Below, in pieces: positions 40,376-53,569 of a stretch of DNA of 64,000 nucleotides. Origin of the DNA: Octopus vulgaris (taxonomy: Eukaryota); the NCBI GenBank assembly GCA_951406725.2, contig OX597838.1, positions 20,894,001 to 20,958,000 of the forward strand. The letters are read 5' to 3'. Position 1 is the stretch's first letter. Each line of letters opens with the position of its first letter. The notes beneath the pieces were generated by a model. The model was given only the letters and a program-made list of their open reading frames with translations. It was not told the DNA's origin and ran no database searches. The translations under genes were made by a program, and so were the position numbers.

Positions 40376-42627
40376 TTAAATTTTTTACAAGGAAAATGTC
40401 TACAAAAATATGAAAATATTCTACTAGAAATATATTATAATCCTGAATTTTCTTTTTTAAATAAAATAACTTGATAGCAAAACAAGCATTTCCATGTCTC
40501 CGAATGTACAGAACATGCTATATATAATTGTGCATCATATATTTCAATCAGCATTGCTTTGTGTACCTGTAGTTAATTAATTCCCGCTTGACTAAGCTTT
40601 GCGCACAACAGCAAATATATTATTTGTTGTTTGAAGATATGAACTGCTATTTTTTAGTGGGTTATGAAGAATGGATATGGTGACCATAGGTGATGAAATG
40701 GAACAACACAGAAACATGTGTGTTCTTTGGTCCAGTGGTGTCATTCATTGCTCAGGGATGTGTTTTCACACACATTATCTATAAGGAGGACATTCTTCAG
40801 CGACAATTCCCATAGCAAAGGTCTTTTTATGTCTGATTGTACATGAATGTGTTAAATATAATTGCATACATACATATCTCAATCAACTCCACTTCATGTA
40901 CTTCTAACCAATTGATACTCACACACACTGGAAAATAGGAGTCAAAGAACTAAACAGTACTCACAGTAAACTATCCACAGGGCATTTGGCTATCAAAGAA
41001 ACAGTTGTTGAACATAGGGCATAAATTAATAGCAGTGTAGAGTATCCAATTATTAATCATATTCAAGAGCAGTAAAAGGTAAAAAATTATTCCACTTATT
41101 TACAGCTGTTCCGTAATTGTTTTCAGTTATGTCATTGAAGCTAAAGTGTTTTTAGTCTCTACTGTTTCCTATCTATATTATTTTATTGTTTAAACAATGT
41201 TTCTTCTGTTGGTATAGGGACATTTCCTTTTCTTTTTCTTTTTGTCCTTTTCAATACAGAAACAATTCAGGAACAGGCAGTGTTAGCTTCTGCTATTGCT
41301 TTTCTCCCTATTGGCTTTGATTTATTTACTCTACCAGTGGAGGCGCAATGGCCCAGTGGTTAGGGCAGTGGACTCGCAGTCTTAGGATCGTGGTTTCTAT
41401 TCCCAGACCGGGTGTTGTGAGTGTTTATTGAGCGAAAACACCTAAAGCTCCACGAGGCTCCGGCAGGTGGTGGTGGTGGTGAACCCTTCTGTACTCTTTC
41501 GCCACAACTTTCTCTCAACTCTTCCTGTTTCTGTTGTACCTGTATTTCAAAGGGGCCAGCCTTGTCACCCTCTGTGTCATGCTGAATCTCCTCGAGAACT
41601 ACATTATGTGTACACGTGTCTGCGGAGTGCTCATCCACTTGCACATTTATTTCACGAGCAGGCTGTTCCATTGATCGGATTAACTGGAACCCTCGTCATC
41701 ATAACCGACGGAGTGCAAGTCATTTACCCTAGCAAACACAAACAAACACCTGCACATCTGATAGACCCACAAGAAATCACACTGAGTTCTATGATATAAA
41801 CTGCCTTGTTTTAAAGTGATATAAATTTAAACCTTCCATAGAAATTTTCAAAACATTAACCTAGTAATGAGTTATTTCCAAATCGTTAAACTAGTAATGA
41901 GTTATTTCAATAAATTCTTCCATAATTAATTGAAGAGTGTCTTTTTAACAGATATATCTGAGACCCCCTTTGGTCATGACACTGACCATGGGATTGCACC
42001 TAGAAAGTTACCCTCCCAGGCACAAGTTTGGGCAAGGTTGTTTATGGAAGACCAGCAGTCGTCCATGCATACCGGCATCCCCTCTCCACACCACCAGTGT
42101 TATCCAAGGGAAAGGCAAAGGTCGATACAGCTTGGCACCTGTGATGTCGCAACTCATTTCTACAGCTGAGTGAACTGGAGCAACGTGAAATAAAGTGTCT
42201 TGCTCAAGAACACAACACGCAGCCCAGTCCGGGATTCGAACTCACAACCTCACGATCGTAAGCTCGGCACTCTAACCACTGAGCCATGCGCCTTCACATA
42301 ACAGAAATATAGTAGCACAATTAACACACGCATACACACATGCACACCTGTGCACATATACACATGTATATGCACACATGCACTCCATTCTGAATGGTTC
42401 CTGCAACACCAAACTGTGTACAATCTTCTCGGTCTGTCCCATCACTCACTAAAAAATACTCACAGCTCCACCATTATCACTACTGTTTAATTTTCATTTA
42501 ATTTTTTTTTTTAAATTCAATGTTGTTATTGAGGAGTTTTTTTTATATATTTGTTCCCTTGTACTCCCTTTTTTTGTATTTATTTTTGCTGCTGCTGTTG
42601 TTATTGTCTTTTTCCCCCCCACCAAAG

Positions 42628-42643
42628 TTACACAACACCTCAG
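42628..42643 (+). CDS. 16-nt microexon candidate (LHNTS, phase 0-1)
   Basis: Pyrimidine tract with aag acceptor and a strong CAG|gtaaag donor. It joins 40144 (phase 0) to 49259 (phase 1) in frame, giving LHNTS-DSSYHR. Confidence 0.35.
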
Positions 42644-43231
42644 GTAAAGACCAACCCCCCCCTTAAGCTATGCTTTGTCTTTTCTTCAGCTTTTACCTAA
42701 TAAAACTTTCTTTCTTTCTTTCTTTTATTCTTTCTTTCTAAATCTTTTAATGTATGTTGATAGATGTTGTTATTGTTGTTGCATTCTTCTCCCCCCACCC
42801 CTATCCCCCTGTCTCCTTCAACCCCCCAACCTTTTCTCTTATTTTTCAATTCGCATCTTCACCGCTGCCACCGTTGTTGATTCCATTGTCGTCTTTGTTG
42901 TTGTTGTTGTCATGTCTTTTCTTTTCTTTCCCATGCACTGTAGAAGCAATTCCTTCTAAAAGCCTACTGATAGTTCATTTAACTAGTTTAATTAAGCAAT
43001 TAAATTTTCACACTGATGGTTCCAAACAACCATCAGTCAGTCCTATCTCCTCCTCCCATTTATTAAAAACACCATTTTCCACTTCCCACTTTCAATAAAA
43101 AATTTTTTTTCTTTTCTTTCTCTCCCTTTTTCACATTTCTTTATTCTTTCTATTTTCTCTCTTATCTTCACCCTTCTACCCACATAATACTTAGATTTTT
43201 ACCTTGGGTTTTGGAGGTGGGTCACCCAAAG

Positions 43232-43588
43232 CCGGTAGACGGACAATTTATCGACAGACAATTGACTGACAGATAACTTACAAGCAGGACAATTGACTAT
43301 TTGGACAATTTGCCGAAAGGACAATATATCGACATTTTTTAAAACCAAAGTAAAAATTATGAAAAGTTTTATTACACTTACAAATAAGAACAATTTATTT
43401 ATAAAAAGATATTACGTACAACAAGTCTTTTCTATTTTGGTTCTATCGATAATAAAAGCGTACCCTTTGTATAGAAGCTTTCTGCCTTCTTGTTTCATTT
43501 TGATGAACTCCATGAGTAATACTTCCACATGTCGACTTATTATCCAATCAGCCAATTTTTCAATCGGCGAATTGTCTGCACATGCCTA
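43232..43588. mobile_element. MITE-like element with ~15-bp subterminal repeats
   Basis: The left end has repeated gacaatt..gac units; the right end has reverse-complement units (ggcgaattgtctgc). Confidence 0.4.
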
Positions 43589-44371
43589 AACCTTTACCAA
43601 TTAGTTCCATACTTGTGTGACAACATATCTCATTAATCCTGCCTGTTTGACATCATTGCAGAAGCAGATAGAGTGTGGGTTAAAATCATTGCTCCAGGGA
43701 AGGACTTCTTTTTTTTTTTTTTTGTGCAGGTTACTTGATTTAAGGTAAAAAAGAAAAAAAAATATACAAAAATTAGTGGGTATGCTGTAGCACCAACAAC
43801 CCTGTGAATCAAAGATGTGGCCCTATTATATTTTTCCTAAATTCATCTTGGTTTATCTTTGACATACCTTATGAATCAGTTAATCCAAACCTCTCCTAAT
43901 CTCTCCTACCAACCTACCTCCTCCTCCTAAGTCACATAGGGTTGACATTGTCGTTTACCCTCAGATTAACAATGATTGAGCCAATTTACATTCACAAGAA
44001 TTCCATCCATGACTATCCTGCCTTTCTGTAAGGTAGAGTATATCCAGAACTACATTAAACAGTCCTCCTGTTTTTAAGGCATTATGCTGTGGTTTTGAGG
44101 GAGATTTACTGCTATTTATACCAGGGCATGCAGCTGCACTAGGGGGCATGTAGATTTGGTTGTGTTTATTTAGCTTTGATCCAACAAACCTATGATCTAG
44201 AACTATACAATCCAACAGATCTTTGTTTTTGTGAAGACTGTCGGATGTTTCCAGAAGATATTTTGATGATATTAACAGTAGGGTTAGAAATACTCAATTT
44301 TGTGCTGCTACTCTTGTTTATAACTGTTGCAAGTGGTTTATGCACACATATGTAACGTGTGTGTATGTAAG

Positions 44372-44692
44372 ACTCTGCCGGTTACGACGACGAGGGTCCC
44401 AGCTGATACGATCAACGGAACAGCTTGCTCGTGAAATTAACGTGCAAATGGCTGAGCATTCCACAGACACATGTACCCTTAACGTAGTTCTCGGGGAAAA
44501 TCAGCGTGACACAGAGAGTGACAAGGCTGACCCTTTGAAATACAAGTACAACTCATTTTTGCCAGCTGAGTGGACTGGAGCAACGTGAAATAAAGTGTCT
44601 TGCTCAAGGACACAACGCGTCGCCGGGAATCGAACTCACAACCTTACGATCATGAGCCGAATGCCCTAACCACTAAGCCACGCACCCTCACT
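44372..44692 (-). mobile_element. tRNA-derived SINE family D (representative copy)
   Basis: Minus-strand head gtggcttagtggttagggc...gagttcgattcccgg, then tgtgtccttgagcaagacactttatttcacgttgctccag. Other copies at 17612-17900(+), 41945-42298(-), 45640-45893(-) and 48170-48430(-). Confidence 0.8.
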
Positions 44693-46679
44693 GTGTGTAT
44701 GTATTGACGAATGGGAAGAAAATACTCAGCATTCCATTAGAATATAACTATTTATTTCAGCTGATTCAATAGCTTGTTACTCTGGAGTTTTCCCAGCATG
44801 CAAACTGTTTCTTGGACAGGAAATAACTGGATGTCAATATCATCATTATTTTCAAGTCCTTTGTTTTTGTCCATGCCAGGATGGATTGGAGGAGATCACT
44901 TGAGGTAGTATTCTCTGGCCAGGTACTCTTCCAGTCACCGACCCTTGTTTTTAAGTAAAGGTTTCTTTTTTTGTCTCTTATTCCTCTGGTCTTTACATGT
45001 TGAAACTGCCAAACTACTGGATGTATTCTTATTTCTTTATTGCCCACAAGGGGCTAAATATAGAGGGGAAAAACAAGGAGAGACAAAGGGATTAAGTCGA
45101 TTACATCGACCTCAGTGCGTAACTGGTACTTAATTTATCAACCCTGAAAGGATGAAAGGCAAAGTTGACCTCGGCGGAATTTGAACTCAGAACGTAGTGG
45201 CAGACGAAATACCGCTAAGCATTTTGCCCGGCATCCTAATGTTCCTTATTTCTTTATTGCCCTCAAGGGGCTAAACATAGAGGGGACAAACAAGGACAGA
45301 CAGAGGGATTAAGTCGATTACATTGACCTCAGTGCATAACTGGTACTTAATTTATCAACCCTGAAAGGATGAAAGGCAAAGTTGACCTTGGCGGAATTTG
45401 AACTCAGACGAAATACCGCTAAGCATTTTGCCCGGCATGCTAACATTTCTGCCATTTCGCCGCCTTATTGTTGTACAAATTGTATCATGCAAAAACTCGT
45501 GCAAGAAGCATTCCCACATGCATATGCATATAGCCTCTCACCCCCTCTCTCTCCCTTTATATATGTGTGTATGTGAGTGTGTATGTGTGTGAGTGAGTGC
45601 ATGTGTGATGGACTTCCCCATTGATGATGATGTATGAGAATTCAGCTTTTACCGAATGACCTGCTCAAAACGATACGTTTATAGTGATCAAATGTTCGTG
45701 TTGCACATTAACTCACTCTCTCCATCAAATCAACATTGTCTGAACAGGTGCTTGGTGTGCCACATGTCAGATGTTAAAGCGACCACAGAGCAATGTGAGA
45801 TGAAGTGTCCTGCTCAAGAACACAATGCACCGCCTGGTCTGGGAATTGAAATTGCGATCTAGCAATCGTGAGTGCAACACCCTAACCACTAGCCTTACCC
45901 CCCCCCCCCCATATACACATACAAATGGTCATCATGCAATTTCCAGACATGGAAAATAGACTCAAAATGATGGTGTGGTTGGCATCAGGAAGGGCATCTA
46001 ATTGTAAAAAGAGTGCCAAGACAGATAGTGAAGTATGAGGCAGTCCTTGATTGATCAGATTTTTGTCAAACTATCCAACCCATGCCAGCATGGAACATGT
46101 ATGTTAAATGAAGATGATGATGATGATATATAGCCGATAGTTTTAAGGTATTGAAAATTACTATGTAGTTAAGAGGCTTGGTTTGCAAAAAGTGTAGCAA
46201 TTGGCTGAAGAAGCTGCCATTCTTGAAGAAGTCTGAATTGAAACAGAACACCTCTGCTCTTTTTCTTATTAGTTTCAGATCACACACCTTGTCATTTATT
46301 TCTGCTTCACTTTGTAAAATATGAGGAGTTGTCTGCATCTGGAACACACAATCTTTCTCTCTTCCATATCACCGCCTGATTCTTCAGAAGAACTAATTTT
46401 TCTGATTGTTCTTAGTGGAACTGGTGGTGCATTTGCTTTGTCGTTTACTGGGATTTAGGTTGATTGGCAATTTGTATACTCTTTACTCTTTTACTTGTTT
46501 CAGTCATTTGACTGTTTCCATGCTGGAGCACTGCCTTTAGTCGAGCAAATCAACCCCAGGAGTTATTCTTTGTAAGCCTAGCACTTATTCTATTGGTCTC
46601 TTTTTGCTGAACTGCTAAGTTACGGGGACATAAACGCACCAGCATCGGTTGTCAAGCGATGTTGAGGGGCCAAACACAT

Positions 46680-46722
<43 letters not shown>

Positions 46723-47117
46723 TATGACGGGCTTCTTTCAGTTTCTCTCTACCAAATCCACTCACAAGGCTTTGGTCGGCCCGAGGCTATAGTAGAAGAC
46801 ACTTGCCCAAGGTGCCACGCAGTGGGACTGAACCCAGAACCATGTGGTTGGTAAGCAAATTACTTATTACACAGCCACTCCTGCGCCTATAGTTGATCTT
46901 TCATTTTATTATTGTTATTTTTTGGCGAAACCAGCTATTGTAGTGATTTCTGGGCTCACAAAAATCATGGGGTTTGAAAAGGAAATGACTTTTACTATTT
47001 AGTCAAATTGATAACATTTCATTGTACTCTGCACAGCAGATGTCTGGTGCTTCATCTTTCTCAGTCTTTTGAACAAAATAGCTGTAAGCAAGTCTCTTCC
47101 TTGAGGATGTTTATATA

Positions 47118-47139
<22 letters not shown>

Positions 47140-47148
<9 letters not shown>

Positions 47149-47420
47149 AGGGTAAAATTAATTAATCAGTTAATAATTAATAATTTTACCAAGTAGTTTG
47201 GTATGTTAAAAGAACCATTATCAGTAAACTTATACAAATATTCTATAATTATAAGTATAATTATAATTAGGGTTCAGCAAAAATTGCTTCACCACATATC
47301 TGTCTGGGAGATATCTTATGGTAGTGGAATAGTATTTAACTGCTATTTCTAAATTTCAGTATGTGGTGAAGCAAGTTTTGCTGAACCCTAATTATAATTA
47401 TGCTTATAATTATAGAATTT
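47140..47420. mobile_element. (TA)n-embedded tail+palindrome element, family 2
   Basis: Arms at ~47240-47298 and 47360-47418, 60-bp spacer, unpaired ~100-bp tail on the left. The spacer plus right arm recurs at 6474-6600. Confidence 0.55.
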
Positions 47421-49258
47421 ATATATATATATATATATATAGAAAAGAAGTTTGGGTGATTTACAGAAGCAGGATTGGTGCCATTTTGGATTGCCATAAA
47501 AAAAGGAAAGAAAAACAAAAAGAACAAGTCACATGAAAAGAAGCATGGATGCACAGAATAACTAGAATTTGATTTTGCAAAATGTAGACATGGTAGAAAA
47601 ATATTGGATAGAAATTTCAAAACTGAAAATTCCATAGAAACACTTGTTTGTTTTCTTATAAGAAAATCTCTGTTGTGGCATGAAATTCTAGGCCTTTCAG
47701 TTACTGCTATTACAAGTGAAGCTGATGAAAGTTTATATACATACACACACACACTCTCTCTTTCTCTCTCATCTAGCGGTATTAGTAACCATGGCTGGAA
47801 TAAAAAAACCAATAACGGAGTCAGACGATCTCAAAGATCTGTCTGTTATGAAGTTTATTAAGCTTACGGAGAAAATTGACCATCTCTCTCTCTCTTCCAC
47901 ATCTTCCAGCTGAATATAACTTTGTGGAATAGAATAGTTTGATGTTTTGCTAATTACTGGTCAAAACTAATATGGTTGTCTTTCAAATCAATACCTATGT
48001 GAGATGGTTTGTAATTAATCTGTCAGTCATCTATATTGATGATGACTTCTTTAATATGCTGTAATTATATGAGTTTGACTCATAACTTAAAAATACATCC
48101 TGTTTTCTACTCAGTTATCTCTGGATGCAGGACTCCATGCCCTTGCAATTATGTCATTGTATCGATCTGACTATCATATGTGGTTACACACTGCTGGTCA
48201 CAGTGCCCTTCTCTACATTGTTTGTAGCTTTTGAGTGATGCCACTTTGCAGGAGGGTAGGTAAGCCAATGCATCCCCCCCCCCCCCAAGCAGAATACCAG
48301 TTTGATACGGTCATCCATTTACAGCTGAGTGTTATGAAGTTTGCTTAAGGACACAACACATGGCTGGCTTTAGGAATTGAAACCACAATCTTGCAACTGT
48401 GAGTGCAAGACCCTAACCGCACGACCATGTGTCTTTACCAATATCTTAGACATTTTTGATGGGAGAAAAAATGAAGATAACAATGAAGAAAAGGATAATT
48501 GGAGCTTATTATAATATCTGATCAACTTGAGCCACAATTTGGAAAGGGGAATTGCTCTTGTTGGTTTAATTGCTTTGGGGATAAGAAAAAAATATTTCAA
48601 ACATTTTCGGGTGTCTATTGATTGCAACAATAGGATTTATACTGGGGTTCATTATAGATACCCTAGTTGTAATTGAACATGCTGAGGTAACCACAAAAAT
48701 TAAAATCTCTTTCTTGTATTTTATATATTTTAACTCGCTCCTCTGAAGTTTTGGGAGAAACTAAAATAGCCTTTTTGTTGTCTTCGTATGTGTTATACAC
48801 TAAATGGTGAAATTAGTTTTTCTTCTTGAAAAATTCCAATTATTCATTTCCTTATTTTGCCACAAATTTCTGTTTCTTTGAATATACTTCAATCTCAGGA
48901 TAGTCTTCTTTAGATTTTATCATCTGTTTCTTTCTTACAGATGAGATGGGCTAAATTATGTGGTTGATTGGCCAAACTCTGTAGTTGATTTCTGAATCTA
49001 AACTAGTAATGGAACTATCGTAGCACAGATAAATATTTAAAAGAACCATTGCAATAGTTGTCTGTCTGTGTGTCTTTCTCTGTGTTTGTCTGCCTACCTG
49101 TCTGTTTCATTCTAATATGAAGTTTTCACAACATCACTATAAGATTTCTGTATCATACGCCCAGTCCAGTCCAGTCCAGTCCAGCCCATCCCTGCCCGGT
49201 CTGGTCCATTCCATTCCAGTCCAGTCCAAACATCCATCCATTGACTTCCAGTTTACAG

Positions 49259-49449
49259 ACTCTTCGTATCATCGTTCATTGGCAATTCAGATGCAGTCTG
49301 TGAAGGTTACCAAAAAACGGTGGCTGAGAAAACGAGCAAGCAAAGACTTTGGCAAAGTGGCTGACAAGCGCTTATCAATGGACACCATTTATGCTCTTAA
49401 CGACGAGTTTAATGATGCGACCACATTCTTCAAACAAGACACGAGATAT
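49259..49449 (+). CDS. Coding exon (DSSYHRSLAIQMQSVKVTKKRWLRKRASKDFGKVADKRLSMDTIYALNDEFNDATTFFKQDTRY)
   Basis: Tandem acceptors ttccag|tttacag| give starts at 49252 (phase 0) or 49259 (phase 1). Donor TAT|gtaagc. Only one frame is open and the composition is protein-like. Confidence 0.75.
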
Positions 49450-49989
49450 GTAAGCGTCCTCTTTGGGAGAACAAAACCTGTCTATTCCTCAGCATTGTTA
49501 CCTTATTTTTGTTTTCCTTTTTTTTTTTTTTTTTTTTTTTACAAAAAAATTCCATTTCTTCACTAGTTTGTCTGCTCTTGCTGGTTCTCATGTTTTCGTT
49601 TGTCTTGTTCTGCCATTCATTGCATTAGCTGCTGAACTGCTATGCTGGTTTTTGTTTCCCGTTTTATTTTATTTTTTTTTAATTTAACCACTTTTGCTCA
49701 CATTTTTGCTGCATTCGTTTTTTTGGGGTTTTTTTGTGAAAAAAAAACTAAATACAAAAGATGAAAAAAAAAAAAACAACAAATAATGAAAAAAACTCTA
49801 GCATATTTATAATGCACAAGAAAGGAAAAAAACCCTATTTCTAGCAGACCTTGCTTAACGTGTTCAAAATATTAACAAATTTTAATGGTTTGGTTTTCAT
49901 TTTTGGCATATTTTTCCTGCTTTATTTAACCTTGCTTTATCACCTATCCTAGCTCTAATGTTGTTTATAATATATATATATATATATTT

Positions 49990-50270
49990 ATTAGAAGATT
50001 TGGAGATGATGTACAGGTATTATATAATAGAAGAAATGAGGTACTCAGAAATCTGGATGGTTTTATATTTACAGATATTTATTAGTATGTTACATGTTTT
50101 TATAAATCATTTATCATATATTCGCGCTTTCGTCCACTCTAGTGGAGAATGGACGAAAGCGCTAATATATGATATATGATTTATAAAAACATGTAACATA
50201 CTAATAAATATCTGTAAATATAAAACCATCCAGATTTCTGAGTACCTCATTTCTTCTAATATATATATAT
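49990..50270. mobile_element. (TA)n-embedded ~240-bp palindrome centred on half-hammerhead motifs, family 3
   Basis: Arms at ~50025-50134 and 50149-50262, almost perfect. Read outward from the centre, each arm starts TGGAC-GAAA-GCGC. Unpaired ~35-bp tail on the left. Confidence 0.6.
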
Positions 50271-50518
50271 ATAATAACAGTTGTTTATTTCAGCTCCATA
50301 TGACATAAAGTTTTGTGGGCACATAGGATGTGTTCACCTCATAAGATGTACACAGCCTATGTGCTCTTCTGATATAAGATGGATGCATGATGCGTCCCAT
50401 GCGCCCAGGCAAGTTCAAGTCATGTGGAGTTGAGTCAAACTGTTATTAAAAATATATGTAGCTCCTACCAAACGTATTGAGTGCTACTTCCTTTCGTTTG
50501 TTCACTCACTCATAAAGC

Positions 50519-50552
<34 letters not shown>

Positions 50553-50595
50553 GGTGTATATATCTCTTTGTCTATTTATCTTAACTCTCTATCTC

Positions 50596-50627
<32 letters not shown>

Positions 50628-50932
50628 TATATACATATATATATCATGCTATTTGCTTTCTTTGAACTAGTGCCTTATTAACTTACTAATTCACACCTGT
50701 CTCACATGTCGTCTGATAGTCCTTATTATTTCTGTTGCTCTTAGTCATAATCATAGTTTGTAGTCGTTCTTCGGAGAAACACTTTAAAAACAAACAAAAA
50801 AAAAGGCTGTCTTCTATTGGAATTTGATATGCTTTCACCATTTTATCATTTCTTATTTCAATTAATTAATCAAGGTAGATGATTAATGAATTTCTTAGTT
50901 AATTGATTTATTAATTTTTCTATCATTGACCA

Positions 50933-51007
50933 GTGTATGTATATATATACACATATATATATTATATATACATATATATATATATATATATACATACATA
51001 TATATAT

Positions 51008-51038
<31 letters not shown>

Positions 51039-51133
51039 CATACATACATACATATATATATACATACATACATATATACATATATACATACATACATACA
51101 TATATATATATACATACATACATATATACATAC

Positions 51134-51180
<47 letters not shown>

Positions 51181-51185
51181 CACAC
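50933..51185. repeat. Compound (TA)n/(TACA)n microsatellite (representative of many)
   Basis: Seen directly. Other long runs at 2270-2377, 2605-2850, 5078-5176 and 53467-53580. Confidence 0.95.
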
Positions 51186-53244
51186 ACAAGTATCTATATA
51201 TAGATATTGTATTCATTCTTGATTATCATATTGGGACAGCAAGTTCTTGGAAAATTAAATTTTATCTGTGACCTACTACTATCTGCTCTCCCTTCTCTTG
51301 AGAGAAGGTGTAAACATCATAACGGTGACTCTTATGTTCTTTCCTTTAGATCTGAGGCCTCAGTCGTGTTAAAGAGTAAGCCCTTGGCTATTTACAGGAT
51401 TCTGTGCTCCCAAGAATGTGAAGAGTTCTACTATTTTTAATCATCATACTCTCCCGCACTGGGTTTCTCTGTGTAGACAAATCTTAGTACAGCTATTCTG
51501 GAGTGTTTTTAGAAAACCTTATTATTGAATATCTTTTTACATGCTTGAAGTGACAGCTAAATATCCCTCAAAATCACACCTACTGTCTACTTAATGATTT
51601 AGGGCACAGTGGATAATGTAATCCTTGATATATAAAAAGATGGAATGGTCATGGCAGGAATGCCTTTGATCATGTGTCTGATCAGTCAGGGCTGACCTGG
51701 GGCTGAACAACAAGAGCAAAAGCCAACAGAAATACCACCAATCTCATCGATGAGCCAACAAGGGGGTCTCGATGTGGTCATTCAACTTACATGACATAGC
51801 AGATAAAATCTCCCTTAATCTCCCTTAAATATGCTCTACTGTCTTTGAAAGAATGAAAGACACATTGGCTAATGTATTCTTTGTAATACACACCTCTTTT
51901 GGATTAGTGCCATACTTAATCCTTCCAGTTCTTCTGGCTAAGGTTCTTTACCAATATTTGAAGTGTTCAATATCTTTGTTATTTTGAAAGTGGTTTTGTT
52001 AAAACTCTCACACACTAGCATTCATTTCTGACTCCATATGTATTCATGTGTGGAGACACAATGGCCCAGTGGTTAGGGCAGCAGACTCACGGTCATAGGA
52101 TCGCAGTTTTGATTCCCAGACCGGGTGTTGTGAGTGTTTATTGAGCGAAAACACCTAAAGCTCCACGAGGCTCTGACAGGGGCTGGTGGCGATCCCTTCT
52201 GTACTCTTTCGCAACAACTTTCTCTCGCTCTTTCTTCTGTTGGCCTGCTCGCTTAGCCAGCGGGGTGGCGTCATTTGAAGACTAAAACAATGCAAAGCGC
52301 ATTGTGACCAGCAATGTGTAGCAACATCTGATAGCCTGGTCAGTCATGTGATCACGTGATGTGTTCATGTGTGTGTGTGTTAGTGCTCTGGTTAGTTTGT
52401 ATATGTGTGTGTGCATACTTATAGCATGCGTGTGTGCATACTTATAGCATGTGTGTGTGTGTGTAGACACTTATATTGTATGTGTATAGCACTTGTGTAC
52501 CTGTGTGTGTTATAGTGTGTGAATGTGTGTGTGTGTACACTAATGTGTTGTATGTATCTCATTAAATATGTTTCACACAAAGTATGTTGAATATTTTTTT
52601 TACATTTAAAAGAGAGTGAAAAAAAAAAATAAAGCAAAAGAAACTGTTGGAGTGAGAATTTTTTTTTTTTTTTTTAATCAGATAGACACACCATTTCTAA
52701 CATCAGCTACTAATCAAGAGGTTCAGGTTCAAATCCTATACCGAATGAAAAACCATTTTTTTTTTTTTTAGCAGCTTACTGAATATGTTACAATGTTATT
52801 CTTTTCCAATTTCATGTGAAAATTCTTTCACTTCTGATGCTATAATACACTTACTTCTCAAAGATATGAACATTACAAAGTCAGCTTCTTTATTTTATTT
52901 TATTTTATTTTATTTTTTCACTTTTACACTTTTATAATTCTAAAGCCTTGTGCCTATATTATTATTATTATTATTATTGTTATTATTACTGTTATTATTA
53001 TTATTATTATTGTTGTACAGAAGGTTGCGAGCTGGCAGAATTGTTAGCATGCCGGGCAAAATGTTTAGTGGCATTTTGTCTGTCTTTACGTTTGGAGTTC
53101 AAATTTCGCCAAGGTCGACTTTGCCCATCATCCTTTTGGAGTCGATAAAACAAGTACCAGTTGAGTACTGGGGGTCGATGTAATCGACTAGTCCCCTCCC
53201 CCAAAATTTCAGGCCTTGTGCTTTTAGTAGAAAGGATTATTATT

Positions 53245-53291
<47 letters not shown>

Positions 53292-53464
53292 GAGGCGGTA
53301 GAGTGAGGGATAAGATACTTTGTGGTGTCCTAGCTCTTTATGCGCTGAATTCAAATCTAGCTAAGGTAAAATTTCCGTTTCAATTTCCTGCTAAAATAAA
53401 GTACCATTTGAGTACAAGGATCAGTTTAATCATTTCCTTTCAGATCATGTGCCTATGTAAGAAA

Positions 53465-53569
<105 letters not shown>

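Noticed and set aside
41260-41279. Microexon candidate after a strong acceptor
   Set aside because: Only weak donors follow (gcagtg or gtgtta), and it is not needed for the in-frame chain.
42225-42298. tRNA-like sequences with A/B boxes (also ~10878, 41338, 44620, 52051)
   Set aside because: Each continues into a SINE body, so they are SINE heads and not tRNA genes.
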